From an uncultured Verrucomicrobiae bacterium (GTDB lineage Bacteria > Verrucomicrobiota > Verrucomicrobiia > Chthoniobacterales > JAFAMB01), in contig CAWIPH010000002.1 in assembly GCA_963837955.1 (NCBI GenBank), positions 864,001 through 928,000 of the forward strand: DNA of 64,000 nucleotides, read 5' to 3'. Of this stretch, positions 47,683 through 58,384 are shown one piece after another. The translations under genes were made by a program, and so were the position numbers. The notes under the pieces were generated by a model. That model was given only the letters and a program-made list of their open reading frames with translations. It was not told the DNA's origin and made no database searches. Positions within the stretch are counted from its first letter, which is position 1; the number at the start of each line of letters is the position of its first letter.

Positions 47683-49338
47683 CTACCCTCCCTTGGCAAA
47701 CTGTTGAGCGATTTCTTTGCTGATCGGCAATTCCATTGCCCCGTTGATTCGCACATCCACAACAACCGGCCCATCGGTTACGGCAAATGCTTTATCGATC
47801 TCGCCAAGATCTTCCGGCCGGCGGACCCGGAATCCTTTCGCACCGAATCCCATCGCTAAGCGGTCAAGATCGGGCTGAGGCGTGTCCGCCAGAGTCGGAT
47901 CGATGTGTTTGCGAACGAGATCGTGTTTCTCTTGGCCAACGGCCTGGTCGTTCAGCACGATGACCGTGAGCGGTAGATTAAATGCAACTGCCGTGTAGAA
48001 GTCTGCGACGTTCATCATGAAGGCAGCGTCCGCGGTCACGTGAGTGACACGCTTTCCTGGGCGGGCAAAGCTAGCTCCGATGGCGATAGATAATCCTTGC
48101 CCGATCGAACCGAAATCCCACCCGTTACCCCAGCTATCGGCGTTCGGAGAGGTGAGAATCTGCTGCGCTACCATTCCGGCGTGACCGCCATCAATGACGA
48201 TAATTCGATCCTTCTTCGGTAGCTTATCTTCCAGATACCAGACGGCCCGGCGGGGATCGATAAAGTCGCCGTCCTCGAAGTCCGGGCGTGTTCCGCCGAA
48301 GTTCCTGATCCGTTCCGCCATGGCGGAGTCGGGTTGTCGCGGCTTCTTGTTAGCTGAGCGAAGGCGCTCCAAAAGAGCTGCCACCGTTACACGCGCATCG
48401 CCTTCGAGCCCGACGTCAACCGAAGTGTAGAAACCAAACGCGGTATGTCTGCGGTCGATTTGGATCAATTTCTTATTACGAAGCACCGCCCGATTCTGCG
48501 TGGTCCACGGGTTCAGACTTGCGCCGACCGCAATAATGAGGTCGGCGTTCTCCAGCATCTCAGCAGCCAGCCCATTGCCGAGCCCGCCGCTGACACCGAC
48601 GCAGAGCGGATAGTCTGAGCACATCCCTTTGGCCGGCAATGTGACAGCCAGGGGAGCTCCAAGATACTCGGCCAAAGCTTGCACTTCAGCTTCGGCGTGA
48701 GCGGATCGAGCGCCTAAGCCACAAATCAATGCCGGCGCCTTAGCCGATTCGATCAATCGGATCGCGGCTTCCAGATCATCGGCGCCGGGCGGTTGAGGTT
48801 CCGCCGATTTGTATGAAGGACGATAGACCCAGTTTGGGTCAAGCATATCAGAGGCCTGCACGTCCTGTGGTAAATTAAGAACGAACGGTCCCTCTTTTGC
48901 TTTGAGGTAGCGGAACGCTTCGCCCAGAGCGTAATCGACACTTTTTGGATGATTTAATACTACAGCTGCCTGAGTTGCCTGGAGAGCCATGGCATGCTGG
49001 TCAACTAACCCTTGCATGTTGTAAGGATCACTGAGTGGCGCGTGTCCGGCCAACATGAGTAGCGGTGTGCGATGAGCCCGCGCTGCCACCAAAGAAGTGA
49101 TCGTATTAGTAAAACCAGGACCCTGAGTGGCCGTGGCGACACCGATCTTTCCACTGGCGCGCGCAAAACCATCCGCCATCGAAGTCGCACTCTGTTCATG
49201 CTTCGCTTGAACGAACTTGAACCCATGCCTTCCGCAAAGCTCCGCCACTATGTACATGTTGGCGTTACCCAAAACGCCAAACAGAATGTTGGCGCCCTCC
49301 TGTCTTACTGCTTCGGCGATCGCCTCATACACTTTCAT
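47683..49338 (-). CDS. Thiamine diphosphate-dependent enzyme (acetolactate synthase-like)
   Basis: KHEQSATSMADG, TQGPGFTN, ADAAFMM...LND. Confidence 0.88.
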   Translation of the reverse strand: MKVYEAIAEAVRQEGANILFGVLGNANMYIVAELCGRHGFKFVQAKHEQSATSMADGFARASGKIGVATATQGPGFTNTITSLVAARAHRTPLLMLAGHAPLSDPYNMQGLVDQHAMALQATQAAVVLNHPKSVDYALGEAFRYLKAKEGPFVLNLPQDVQASDMLDPNWVYRPSYKSAEPQPPGADDLEAAIRLIESAKAPALICGLGARSAHAEAEVQALAEYLGAPLAVTLPAKGMCSDYPLCVGVSGGLGNGLAAEMLENADLIIAVGASLNPWTTQNRAVLRNKKLIQIDRRHTAFGFYTSVDVGLEGDARVTVAALLERLRSANKKPRQPDSAMAERIRNFGGTRPDFEDGDFIDPRRAVWYLEDKLPKKDRIIVIDGGHAGMVAQQILTSPNADSWGNGWDFGSIGQGLSIAIGASFARPGKRVTHVTADAAFMMNVADFYTAVAFNLPLTVIVLNDQAVGQEKHDLVRKHIDPTLADTPQPDLDRLAMGFGAKGFRVRRPEDLGEIDKAFAVTDGPVVVDVRINGAMELPISKEIAQQFAKGG

Positions 49339-49358
49339 AAAAGCTGGCGGCGCCTTTC

Positions 49359-50693
49359 TTACGCCGTTTTCTGAGCGAGCTTCGCACGTTTATCGATTAC
49401 CCGTTTTGCTTTTCCGACGACGACACGTTCAATACTCCCGGGAGCGAGAACGGTAGCAGAACTAGAGACTCCGACCCAGGCCTTAATTTGACATTGCAAT
49501 ACCTGCGCAAGCCGGTCTCGTTCCGTCGCGTCTCTGTTCTCGCGCAATTCGACGCGCACTTCCAAATCGTCCAGGCGGTCCTCGCGCGTAATAACGAGTT
49601 GATATTGCGGAGCGAACTGAGGTTCCTTTAGAATCAGTTCTTCAATTTGAGAGGGAAATATGTTAACTCCTCGAATGATCAGCATGTCGTCAGTCCGGCC
49701 CAGGATTCGACCGATTCGACGCATCGACCGCGCGGTCGGCGGAAGCAGACAAGCAAGATCTCTTGTCCGATAACGGATAACCGGTAGAGCTTCCCTGGTG
49801 AGCGAGGTGATCACCAACTCCCCTAATGTGCCGTCGGGTAGTGCCTCGCCGCTGATCGGATCGATAATTTCTGGATAAAAATGATCTTCCCAAATCACCA
49901 GGCCATCCTTCGTCTCGACGCATTCGCATGCGACCCCCGGACCCATGACTTCCGATAATCCATAAATATCGACGGCATCAATCGCGAATCGACTTTCGAT
50001 CTCGCGACGGAGCGCTTCTGTCCACGGCTCGGCTCCGAAAATTCCGACCTTTAGGGAACTCTTCGTTGGATCCAACCCTTGCCGTTCGAACTCATCTGCG
50101 ATTGTGAGCATGTACGAGGGGGTTACGAGGATAATTTCCGGGTGCAGATCATTGATTATCTGAACCTGCTTTTCCGTTTGGCCACCCGACATTGGGATCA
50201 CCGCGCACCCTAATTTTTCAGCGCCGTAATGGGCTCCAAGTCCACCAGTAAAGAGCCCGTAGCCATACGAGACCAAGGCCGTTTCCCCCGGTCGGCCGCC
50301 TGCAGCCCGGATTGAGCGCGCCATCAGCCGAGACCAAACGTCGATATCGGTTCGCGTATAGCCGACGACGGTCGGTTTTCCAGTCGTGCCACTGGACGCG
50401 TGCATTCGAATCAGCTCATTTCGGGGCACCGCAAACATCCCGCACGGATAATTTTCCCGGAAATCGTTCTTGGTGGTAAACGGGAATCGCTGGAGATCAG
50501 TCAACTCCTGCAGATCGTTGGGCTGAACGCCGGCAGCCCGAAACTTTTGTTTGTAGCACGGCACGCGATCATAGGCGTGCCCCAAAGACCATCGCAGCCT
50601 TCTCATTTGCAACGATTGCAGCTCGGCTAAGCTGGCTTTCTCGATGGGGTCGAGGTTCGGATCGAGTGTTTGTCTGGTCTGGAGGGGAGACAT
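49359..50693 (-). CDS. paaK: Phenylacetate-CoA ligase
   Basis: HASSGTTGKP, YGYGLFTGGLGAHYG, DIYGLSE. Confidence 0.95.
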   Translation of the reverse strand: MSPLQTRQTLDPNLDPIEKASLAELQSLQMRRLRWSLGHAYDRVPCYKQKFRAAGVQPNDLQELTDLQRFPFTTKNDFRENYPCGMFAVPRNELIRMHASSGTTGKPTVVGYTRTDIDVWSRLMARSIRAAGGRPGETALVSYGYGLFTGGLGAHYGAEKLGCAVIPMSGGQTEKQVQIINDLHPEIILVTPSYMLTIADEFERQGLDPTKSSLKVGIFGAEPWTEALRREIESRFAIDAVDIYGLSEVMGPGVACECVETKDGLVIWEDHFYPEIIDPISGEALPDGTLGELVITSLTREALPVIRYRTRDLACLLPPTARSMRRIGRILGRTDDMLIIRGVNIFPSQIEELILKEPQFAPQYQLVITREDRLDDLEVRVELRENRDATERDRLAQVLQCQIKAWVGVSSSATVLAPGSIERVVVGKAKRVIDKRAKLAQKTA

Positions 50694-50714
50694 ATTAGAT
50701 CGACTGGTTAGACT

Positions 50715-51161
50715 TCAAGACGAGGGGATCACCTCGCCCGTGACACGATGGGAACGTCCGCGGAACAGCGCGATAGTTCGGCCTTCCTGGTTGGTGACTG
50801 TAATGTCGTAAACGCCGATCCGTCCCAACAGCGCCCGCTCCGCGGCTTCTGCAGTTAACTCGTCGCCCGCCTTGGCCGGAGCCAAGAAGTCGATAGTGCA
50901 GCCGGACGCGACCGTGTTCTGGTTGCGACTATTGCAGGCAAAAGCGAACGCACTATCAGCCAAAGTGAAAACGATTCCGCCGTGACATATGGCGTGACCG
51001 TTCAACATTTCTGGCCGCACGATCAGCACAAGCCGGGCGTATCCCGGTCTAACCTCTCTAATTCGGATTCCTAATGATTGGGAGGCGGAGTCACGAGCGA
51101 ACATGGCCGCAGCTACACGCTCGGCCACCTGCTGTTCGTCCCGGTCAGTTTGCTGACTCAT
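50715..51161 (-). CDS. paaI: Hydroxyphenylacetyl-CoA thioesterase
   Basis: MLNGHAICHGG, LADSAFAFACNS. Confidence 0.93.
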   Translation of the reverse strand: MSQQTDRDEQQVAERVAAAMFARDSASQSLGIRIREVRPGYARLVLIVRPEMLNGHAICHGGIVFTLADSAFAFACNSRNQNTVASGCTIDFLAPAKAGDELTAEAAERALLGRIGVYDITVTNQEGRTIALFRGRSHRVTGEVIPSS

Positions 51162-52719
51162 TCAGCCTCCTTCCACTCCAGAAATTGCGCTCGATTAACG
51201 GTGAGGTCCGGTAGCGATCCTCGCCGTAGTGCTTCGCAAGATTGCTGAGCACCTCATGGAGGATAGTCGTTCCCAAACTTCCTGCCCAGGCAAAGGGGCC
51301 CGCCGGATAGTTGACTCCTTTGCACATCGCGAGGTCAACATCGCACTTGCTGCTAACTCCATAATGAACTGTGTCAGCGGCTTCATTGATAATCATCGCG
51401 ACGATCCGCATCACAGCCAGGCCAGGTAAATCCTCCAGACGTGCGACGTTGAAACCGGCTTTTTGAAGTAAGCCGACTACCGAGTGATAGGCTGGATCGC
51501 TGCATTGGTCAGCTCGGGCGACCGCCAGAGTTCGCGCTTTCCCATAGTTGTAGGCAAGATCAATTAACACAACGTTTGGCTTCCCGAGCTCGTAAGCGAC
51601 TCGGGAGGCAGTCCTTCCATCGGTGAGACGGAGTAAGCCTTCGTCTACTTGAGCAACTTGATTGGTAGGCGTAGCGACCGAAGAGCGCGACGCCTCAGGG
51701 AAGCTTTTCTGCAAGCGCTCCAATAGAGCTTGGGTGATCGGCTGTGGTTCACTGAAGCACAATTCTTTCGGGCTCCGTGTAGGCGGCTCAAAAGTTGGAG
51801 AAGGTCGACTCGCCTCTTTGTCATAACGATAGAAGCCGCGGCTCGATTTTCGGCCAAAATAGCCGGCTCGAACAAGCTCTTGCTGAATTAAGGATGGAGT
51901 AAACCGACGATCAAAAAAACTGGCTCGGAAGACCGACTCGGTGACTGCGAAGTTGATGTCATTGCCGATGAGGTCCATGAGCTCAAAAGGCCCCATCCGG
52001 AATCCACCCGATTCCCGGACAAGTTCGTCAATCGTCGCAGGGTCTGCCGCCTGTTCGGAGATTAGGCGCAGTGCCTCCGCATAAAACGGTCTGGCAACGC
52101 GATTCACAATAAAGCCTGGAGTCGACTTCGCGTGCACAGGTGTTTTGTTCCAAGCCTTCGCCGTTGCCGCTGCCGTGGCAACGATTTTCGGATCAGTCGC
52201 CAGACCGCTGACAATTTCCGTGAGTTCCATCAACGGAGCAGGGTTAAAGAAATGCATTCCGACAAACCGTTCTGGCCTGTCTAAAGCGGCCGCCAGCTCC
52301 GTGACCGACAGAGAAGAAGTGTTCGTTGCCAGGATGCAGTCTGCGGAAACGACTCTCTCGAGCTGCCGAAAGATCTCCTGTTTCACCTCGAAAATTTCGA
52401 CAATGGCCTCAATCACAAGAGCCGCGTCCGCGAGTTTCTCTAGTGCGGCAACGGGTATTATCCTGCTCTCAATTGCCGATGCGTCCTTCGTCGATAACTT
52501 TCCGCGATCGACGCTCCTGCCGAGATTTGCTTCTATGTTTTCGATTGCTCGGACGATGGCGCCAGGTTGAGCGTCGAAAATCTTAACAGGATGTCCCGCA
52601 GCGGACGCAATCTGGGCAATACCGGAACCCATTGTGCCGGTGCCGATGACGCCGACGGTTGCGTGGCGGGGAATCGGGAGAGCGCCTTCCCAGCGATCTG
52701 GTCTGTCGTCGGAGCGCAT
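51145..52719 (-). CDS. paaH: 3-hydroxyadipyl-CoA dehydrogenase
   Basis: GTGTMGSGIA, HFFNPAP, PGFIVNRVARPFYAE. Confidence 0.92.
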   Translation of the reverse strand: MRSDDRPDRWEGALPIPRHATVGVIGTGTMGSGIAQIASAAGHPVKIFDAQPGAIVRAIENIEANLGRSVDRGKLSTKDASAIESRIIPVAALEKLADAALVIEAIVEIFEVKQEIFRQLERVVSADCILATNTSSLSVTELAAALDRPERFVGMHFFNPAPLMELTEIVSGLATDPKIVATAAATAKAWNKTPVHAKSTPGFIVNRVARPFYAEALRLISEQAADPATIDELVRESGGFRMGPFELMDLIGNDINFAVTESVFRASFFDRRFTPSLIQQELVRAGYFGRKSSRGFYRYDKEASRPSPTFEPPTRSPKELCFSEPQPITQALLERLQKSFPEASRSSVATPTNQVAQVDEGLLRLTDGRTASRVAYELGKPNVVLIDLAYNYGKARTLAVARADQCSDPAYHSVVGLLQKAGFNVARLEDLPGLAVMRIVAMIINEAADTVHYGVSSKCDVDLAMCKGVNYPAGPFAWAGSLGTTILHEVLSNLAKHYGEDRYRTSPLIERNFWSGRRLNESAN

Positions 52720-52730
52720 GGTGGATCTGT

Positions 52731-53519
52731 CTACTCGCCGGTGAATCGCGGCGCTCGCTTTTCGAGAAATGCCACGACGCCTTCGTGATAATCGTGGCTT
52801 TTTCCCAATTCTCGCATGAAATCCCGCTCTAGATCGAGCTGTCGATCTAAAGTATTAGTTTGGGATGCGTAGATGGCCTGTTTTGTCCGGGCCAACCCTT
52901 TTGTCGGCGCCGAGACTAAGTATGTCATTACCTGATCGATCGCCGAGGGAAACTCGGTGTCGTCTACGCAGCGCCAAATCAAACCCCATGTTGCCGCTTG
53001 TTCGGCCGAAAGCTTTTCTCCGAGCATCGCTAGGCCGAGTGCACGAGCCGTTCCGACCAACCTCGGTAAGAAATAGGTGCCGCCGGTATCGGGGACGAGA
53101 CCGAGTTTGGCGAACGACTCGATGAAGCTGGCCGATTTGGCTGCAATCACGAGATCGCAGGCAAGCGCAAGGTTTGCCCCCGCTCCAGCCGCTACGCCAT
53201 TTACGCCGGCAACAACTGGAATCGGCAACGTGCGCAAGGTCCGCACCAGCGGTGCATAATACTTCTCGATCGTCGCGCCGAGATCGACGTCCGCATCACC
53301 AGGCGTGACCCGGCGATCTCCAAGGTCCTGTCCAGCGCAGAAACCGCGACCAGCTCCCGTGATTAGTAAAGCCCGGACACCTCCGATCGTTGCCTGATCG
53401 AGAGCTTCGCGCACTTCTTCGTGCATTTGCTCATTAAAGCTATTCAGTTTCTCGGGGCGATTCAGGGTTAGCCGCCCGGCGCCACCTTTCACTTCGTACA
53501 GAATGGTCTGATAGCTCAT
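52731..53519 (-). CDS. paaG: 1,2-epoxyphenylacetyl-CoA isomerase
   Basis: [26 protein letters not shown]. Confidence 0.93.
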   Translation of the reverse strand: MSYQTILYEVKGGAGRLTLNRPEKLNSFNEQMHEEVREALDQATIGGVRALLITGAGRGFCAGQDLGDRRVTPGDADVDLGATIEKYYAPLVRTLRTLPIPVVAGVNGVAAGAGANLALACDLVIAAKSASFIESFAKLGLVPDTGGTYFLPRLVGTARALGLAMLGEKLSAEQAATWGLIWRCVDDTEFPSAIDQVMTYLVSAPTKGLARTKQAIYASQTNTLDRQLDLERDFMRELGKSHDYHEGVVAFLEKRAPRFTGE

Positions 53520-54301
53520 TTGTTCCGAAATACTGGTTTCCGTTTTTCGGCGAACGCAGCCATTCCTTCTTTGCGATCTTCGAGAGCAAATGTTGATTGA
53601 AAGGCCCGGCGTTCCATACGTAGCCCCTCGGCCAGAGTTGTTTCGTAAGCCGCGTTCACGGCCTCTTTCACGATCATGACGGCCGGACGCGAAAGCGCCG
53701 CGATCTTAGCGGCCGTTTTGATTGCTTCTTGCTTAAGTTCTGCTGCCTGGATGACTCGGCTTACTAGTCCAATGCGTTCCGCTTCTTCGGCCCCGATCAG
53801 TCGTCCGGTGAGACACATCTCCATCGCTTTCGATTTCCCGACCAGGCGAGTAAGCCGCTGGGTACCTCCGGCACCGGGCATCGTTCCGACATTAATCTCG
53901 GGCTGCCCGAACTTCGCCGTATCCGCTGCGAGGATGAAATCGCAAGCCATAGCCAGTTCACAACCACCGCCCAATGCATAGCCTGCAACTGCTGCGATGA
54001 TCGGCTTTCGGATGATAGCAATACGGTTCCAAGCGCTGCCCCGGCCGGATGGGAAATCGGCTAGGAACATGTCGAGGAAGCTTTGGTCCTGCATTTCTTT
54101 GATGTCAGCTCCGGCAGCGAACGCCTTTTCGTTTCCGGTTAGAACGATCGCACCAATGGCAGCGTCGCTTTCCAACGAGTCAAGAGCGCCGACCAAATCC
54201 CGCATCAGAGCGTTCGAGAGTGCGTTTAACGCGTCCGGCCGGTTAAGAGTAATGATCCCGACCCCGTCTTGAGTATCTACGAGAATGTGTTGGTAACTCA
54301 T
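53516..54301 (-). CDS. paaF: Enoyl-CoA hydratase
   Basis: [23 protein letters not shown]; paa context. Confidence 0.85.
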   Translation of the reverse strand: MSYQHILVDTQDGVGIITLNRPDALNALSNALMRDLVGALDSLESDAAIGAIVLTGNEKAFAAGADIKEMQDQSFLDMFLADFPSGRGSAWNRIAIIRKPIIAAVAGYALGGGCELAMACDFILAADTAKFGQPEINVGTMPGAGGTQRLTRLVGKSKAMEMCLTGRLIGAEEAERIGLVSRVIQAAELKQEAIKTAAKIAALSRPAVMIVKEAVNAAYETTLAEGLRMERRAFQSTFALEDRKEGMAAFAEKRKPVFRNK

Positions 54302-54936
54302 ACGATCTTTAGATCATCTTGCTTGAAGAGCGCATTTTTTTTGGATCTCAGCAGCGGCTCAAATTGCGGTACGCGCATTCGCTGGCGGCCAGGCTCGACT
54401 TCGGAGAGCGGTTCGGCTTCGCGCAACCCTGCTTTGCAGCGCAGAGACAACGCTTGGTAAATTGCGGTTCCTTCATTTTTCCAGGCGAGCTCTTCGTCGC
54501 TTAGCTGGCGGACTACCTTGGCTGGAGTACCGGCGACCAGGCTGCGGGCTGGAACGATCATGCCGGCCTTTACGAAGGTAAGTGCTGCCACGATGGCAGA
54601 CTCACCGATTTCAACATCATCCATAATGATGGCCTTCATCCCGACCATTGCGTCCTGCTTGATCCGACATCCGTGAAGGATCGCTCCATGCCCTATGTGA
54701 CCGCCGCGTTCGACGATCGTCTCGGCATTCGGAAAAGTATGAACCACGCAGTTGTCCTGAAGGTTACTGCCCTCTTCGAACACGATGCGGCCGAAATCGC
54801 CGCGCAACGATGCACCCGGCCCGATGTAACAATTCGGGCCGATGATTACATCCCCGATGAGAACTGCTGCGGGATGTACAAATGCAGATGAGTCCACAAC
54901 TGGCGTGATCCCATCCAACGAGTAGACGTTAGGCAT
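54298..54936 (-). CDS. paaY: Phenylacetate degradation protein PaaY
   Basis: Hexapeptide repeats; [17 protein letters not shown]. Confidence 0.9.
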   Translation of the reverse strand: MPNVYSLDGITPVVDSSAFVHPAAVLIGDVIIGPNCYIGPGASLRGDFGRIVFEEGSNLQDNCVVHTFPNAETIVERGGHIGHGAILHGCRIKQDAMVGMKAIIMDDVEIGESAIVAALTFVKAGMIVPARSLVAGTPAKVVRQLSDEELAWKNEGTAIYQALSLRCKAGLREAEPLSEVEPGRQRMRVPQFEPLLRSKKNALFKQDDLKIV

Positions 54937-54992
54937 AAGCCGATGTTCTGGTGGAGGTTAACGTTCGCGCTGCTGGAAAAATGGCTCCCCGA

Positions 54993-56657
54993 TCATACGT
55001 GAACCCTGCTTTGGACGACGCGGAATCGGCCTGCCACAAATGCGCTATCCGTCAGCACCGCGTTGGTTGCCGGATTTCCTCCAGTTCCATGGAAATCGCT
55101 GAAGGCAGCGGATTGATTCACGTAAACACCGCCCGTCAAATTGCAGGAAAGCGCCACCGCAGCTTCAGCAGCAACCTCATGCACGCTGTTCAGCACGGAT
55201 TCATTTGTCGAGTAGACTGAGAGCGTTAGTGCACCATGTTCGACTGCGCCCTTTCGCGCGAGCACGATGCTGTGACTGATGTCGTTTGTCGGAATGACAA
55301 ATGCAATTGGCCCAAACAGCTCTTGCATAAATTTGGCCTCCTCGCTCGCGTCCGCTTGCAGAAGGAGCGGTGTTCGAATCTTTGCTTCCGGGAACTGAGG
55401 ATGACTGATCGATTGACGATCCACGAGAATCTTCCCGAGTTCGCGCGCTCGCTCAAGCCGATCGAGCACGGAAGCATTTTGAATGGCCCCAAGCACTTCA
55501 ACTGCCCGGGCAGGATCGCCCAGCAATTTGCCAATTCCCTCAGTTAACCCGGCCACGACTTGGTCAAACGACAGGTGCCCTTCTGCAGTCTCGATCCCGT
55601 CCTTCGGAATATAGATGTTCTGCGGAGCGGTGCACATCTGCCCGGAATATAATGATAACGAGAACGCGATATTCTTTGTCATCCCTTTGAAATCCGCAGT
55701 GGAGTCAATGATGATCTGGTTGACTCCCGCTTTTTCCGTATAAACCAAAGCCTGCCTGGCCTCTCGTTCTAGCCATTCGCCGTTTTGAGAACTCCCGGTA
55801 AAATCGATAAGCTTTACCTCAGGACGCTGCGCGAGGGCTTGAGCAACCCTGTCATTTGCTTCGTGGACGACCAGCGTGACGACATTAGGATCGAACCCCG
55901 CCTCTTGCAGGACCTGACGGGCAATCTCCACGGTGATGGCGAGCGGAAGAACGGCACCAGGATGTGGCTTCACAACCACGCAATTGCCGGTCGCCAAACT
56001 AGCAAAAAATCCAGGATACGAATTCCAGGTCGGAAAGGTACAACAACCGATAACCAAACTAATACCGCGGGGCACGATCCGATAACGCTTTTCCATCTTA
56101 AGCGGGTCATGCTTGCCCTGTGGTTTCTCCCAATAGGCCGTTTTTGGAATGCGATTCATTTCCGCCCACGCATATGCAACCGCCTCCAAGCCGCGATCTT
56201 GAGCGTGCGGACCACCCGCTTGAAACGCCATCATGAAGGCCTGACCAGTGGTGTGCATGACGGCGTAGCCTATTTCAAAACTGCGGCGATTCAGGCGTTG
56301 CAGAATTTCCAACGCGACTCCGGTCCAGGCTTTCGGTCCAGCTGCTTGCCAACTCTTCGCTGCAGACTGAATTCCACGGAATAGCGGATCCAGATCAACT
56401 TTCGGGTAGGTGATCTCCAAAGGGAATCCATAGGGCGAGCTTTCCGCGCCGACGTGTCCGGTAATGCCGGGCTCGTCCAACGGAAATGGTTTCTTTAAGC
56501 GAGCCTGAAAAGCAGCTTTCCCGTCGTCGTTCGCAGTTTCTCCGTATACCTTTCCGCTAGGCATTTCCGGAAATGAACTCCAGTAGCCGCGCGTATTGAT
56601 TGCGCGGACTGCCTTCTCGAGGAGGTCTTGATGTTGAGAAAAAAAGAGATCGGACAC
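54993..56657 (-). CDS. paaN: PaaN-type aldehyde dehydrogenase (no MaoC domain)
   Basis: QAGGPHAQDRGLEA, FTGS, GQMCT, VNQSAAFSDFH. Confidence 0.9.
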   Translation of the reverse strand: MSDLFFSQHQDLLEKAVRAINTRGYWSSFPEMPSGKVYGETANDDGKAAFQARLKKPFPLDEPGITGHVGAESSPYGFPLEITYPKVDLDPLFRGIQSAAKSWQAAGPKAWTGVALEILQRLNRRSFEIGYAVMHTTGQAFMMAFQAGGPHAQDRGLEAVAYAWAEMNRIPKTAYWEKPQGKHDPLKMEKRYRIVPRGISLVIGCCTFPTWNSYPGFFASLATGNCVVVKPHPGAVLPLAITVEIARQVLQEAGFDPNVVTLVVHEANDRVAQALAQRPEVKLIDFTGSSQNGEWLEREARQALVYTEKAGVNQIIIDSTADFKGMTKNIAFSLSLYSGQMCTAPQNIYIPKDGIETAEGHLSFDQVVAGLTEGIGKLLGDPARAVEVLGAIQNASVLDRLERARELGKILVDRQSISHPQFPEAKIRTPLLLQADASEEAKFMQELFGPIAFVIPTNDISHSIVLARKGAVEHGALTLSVYSTNESVLNSVHEVAAEAAVALSCNLTGGVYVNQSAAFSDFHGTGGNPATNAVLTDSAFVAGRFRVVQSRVHV

Positions 56658-56712
56658 GTGGAGGGTTCCTTCTGTTTGTTCTTTATGGAGGGGAGGAAAA
56701 ATTGGGGGCGTG

Positions 56713-57825
56713 CTAGTGAACGCGGTCGAAATCGACTGTCACCTGATCGGTAAGGGGATAACTTTGACAGGTAAGAATGAAACCTTGCGTTACTTCGTAA
56801 TCTTCCAAGGCATAATTGGTATCCATCTCGACCTCACCTGTTCGCAGGTGTGCGCGGCAACTAGAACAGACTCCGCCCTGGCAGCCGTAACGGAGATCGA
56901 AACCGTGGCGGAGGCCGGCGTGGAGAATCGCTTCAGTACCTCTGCGCATAGAGAATCGATGTTCCGCACCGTCGAGCACTAGAGTCACTTCACACATTTT
57001 CTGTTCGACAGGTGAGCTTATCTTTGCCCTCATTTTGCGAGGGCCGCTGGTAAAGAATTCCCGTCGGATCCGTGACTCTTCTACACCGCGGAGTTTCAAT
57101 ACATCCGCGACTTCGCGGATAAACGTATCGGGTCCACACAGGAAGGCGACATCAATTCGACGATCTCCTACCCATCGATCGAGTAGTTCTTGCGCTTTTT
57201 CGCCGGTGATGCGGCCATTGAGCAATTCACTCTCTTGCCGTTCACGCGTTAAGATGTGGACCAGATTCAACCGGCCAAGAAATCTATCTTTGAGATCCGC
57301 TAGCTCATCACGAAACATCACCGTTCCGGTTGCCCGATTCCCGTAGAATAGGGTGAAGTTGCTGTTCGGCTCGGCCAGCAGTGCACTCTTCAAAACAGAA
57401 AAAATCGGAGTGATTCCGCTGCCGGCAGCGAAGGCCACATAAGACTTGTGATTCCGCTGCGATAACGGTACGCCGAACTTCCCAGCGGGTGGCGTCACTT
57501 CCAAATAATCGCCAATGGTGAGATGATCATTTGCCCAATTCGAGAAAAGGCCGTCCGGCATACGTTTGATCGCAATGCGTAAGGCCTTATCCTGGCTGGC
57601 CGCACAGATGGAGTATGACCGCCGAATCTCCTGGCCGTCGATAGCTTTGCGAAGAGTCAGGTGCTGTCCCGGGGTAAAATCGAACCGATCTGCGAGACTG
57701 GCTGGGACCTCGAATGTCACTGCGATCGCTTCACGAGTTTCCGCACGAACATCTCGCACCCGCAACCGAAAGAAACCCTTCGTCACCCGAAGATCAGGTA
57801 GTGCCCTCGTTTCGCTTAATGACAT
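56713..57825 (-). CDS. paaE: Phenylacetyl-CoA epoxidase reductase subunit
   Basis: RRSYSIC, AAGSGITP, CQGGVCSSC. Confidence 0.93.
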   Translation of the reverse strand: MSLSETRALPDLRVTKGFFRLRVRDVRAETREAIAVTFEVPASLADRFDFTPGQHLTLRKAIDGQEIRRSYSICAASQDKALRIAIKRMPDGLFSNWANDHLTIGDYLEVTPPAGKFGVPLSQRNHKSYVAFAAGSGITPIFSVLKSALLAEPNSNFTLFYGNRATGTVMFRDELADLKDRFLGRLNLVHILTRERQESELLNGRITGEKAQELLDRWVGDRRIDVAFLCGPDTFIREVADVLKLRGVEESRIRREFFTSGPRKMRAKISSPVEQKMCEVTLVLDGAEHRFSMRRGTEAILHAGLRHGFDLRYGCQGGVCSSCRAHLRTGEVEMDTNYALEDYEVTQGFILTCQSYPLTDQVTVDFDRVH

Positions 57826-58370
57826 TTGAAATAATCAAACGGTTCGCGACACGCGTCGCACACGTAAAATGCCTTGCACGGCGTGGAGCCAAACTGACTA
57901 ACTACCCGAGTGTTTCTTGAGCCGCAGCGCGGGCACTCAATCGCTAAATCCCGATCGGTCACTTTGTCCAAAGCATAGGCTTCGCAACATCTATCAATCG
58001 CCACATGAGTCTGGGAAACCTCATCGGAGCGATGAGGAGGCGCGACGCCATATTCTCGAAGGCGAGTTCTACCCTTTTCGGAAAGCCACTCGGTCGTCCA
58101 GGCAGGCGACAGTCGAGTTTCGATTTGCACCTGGCCGATCCCGCGCTCACGGAGAGCAGTGATGATATCTTCCCTAATGACCGCGGTGGCCGGGCAACCG
58201 GAATAGGTGGGCGTAATTGTAACGACCAGCTTGGGTTCACCTGGTTCTTCCTGCCACCTGAGATCTCGAACTATTCCGAGATCGACCACCGAAACCACAG
58301 GTATTTCCGGATCAACGACTTCATCCAGCCAATTCCAAATTTGATCGGGCGCTGGTAAAATCGCTTTCAT
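57816..58370 (-). CDS. paaD: Phenylacetyl-CoA epoxidase subunit D
   Basis: DPEIPVVS, TPTYSGCPA, FGSTPCKA, EPFDYFKCH. Confidence 0.94.
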   Translation of the reverse strand: MKAILPAPDQIWNWLDEVVDPEIPVVSVVDLGIVRDLRWQEEPGEPKLVVTITPTYSGCPATAVIREDIITALRERGIGQVQIETRLSPAWTTEWLSEKGRTRLREYGVAPPHRSDEVSQTHVAIDRCCEAYALDKVTDRDLAIECPRCGSRNTRVVSQFGSTPCKAFYVCDACREPFDYFKCH

Positions 58371-58384
58371 GTTTCTGCATTCTT

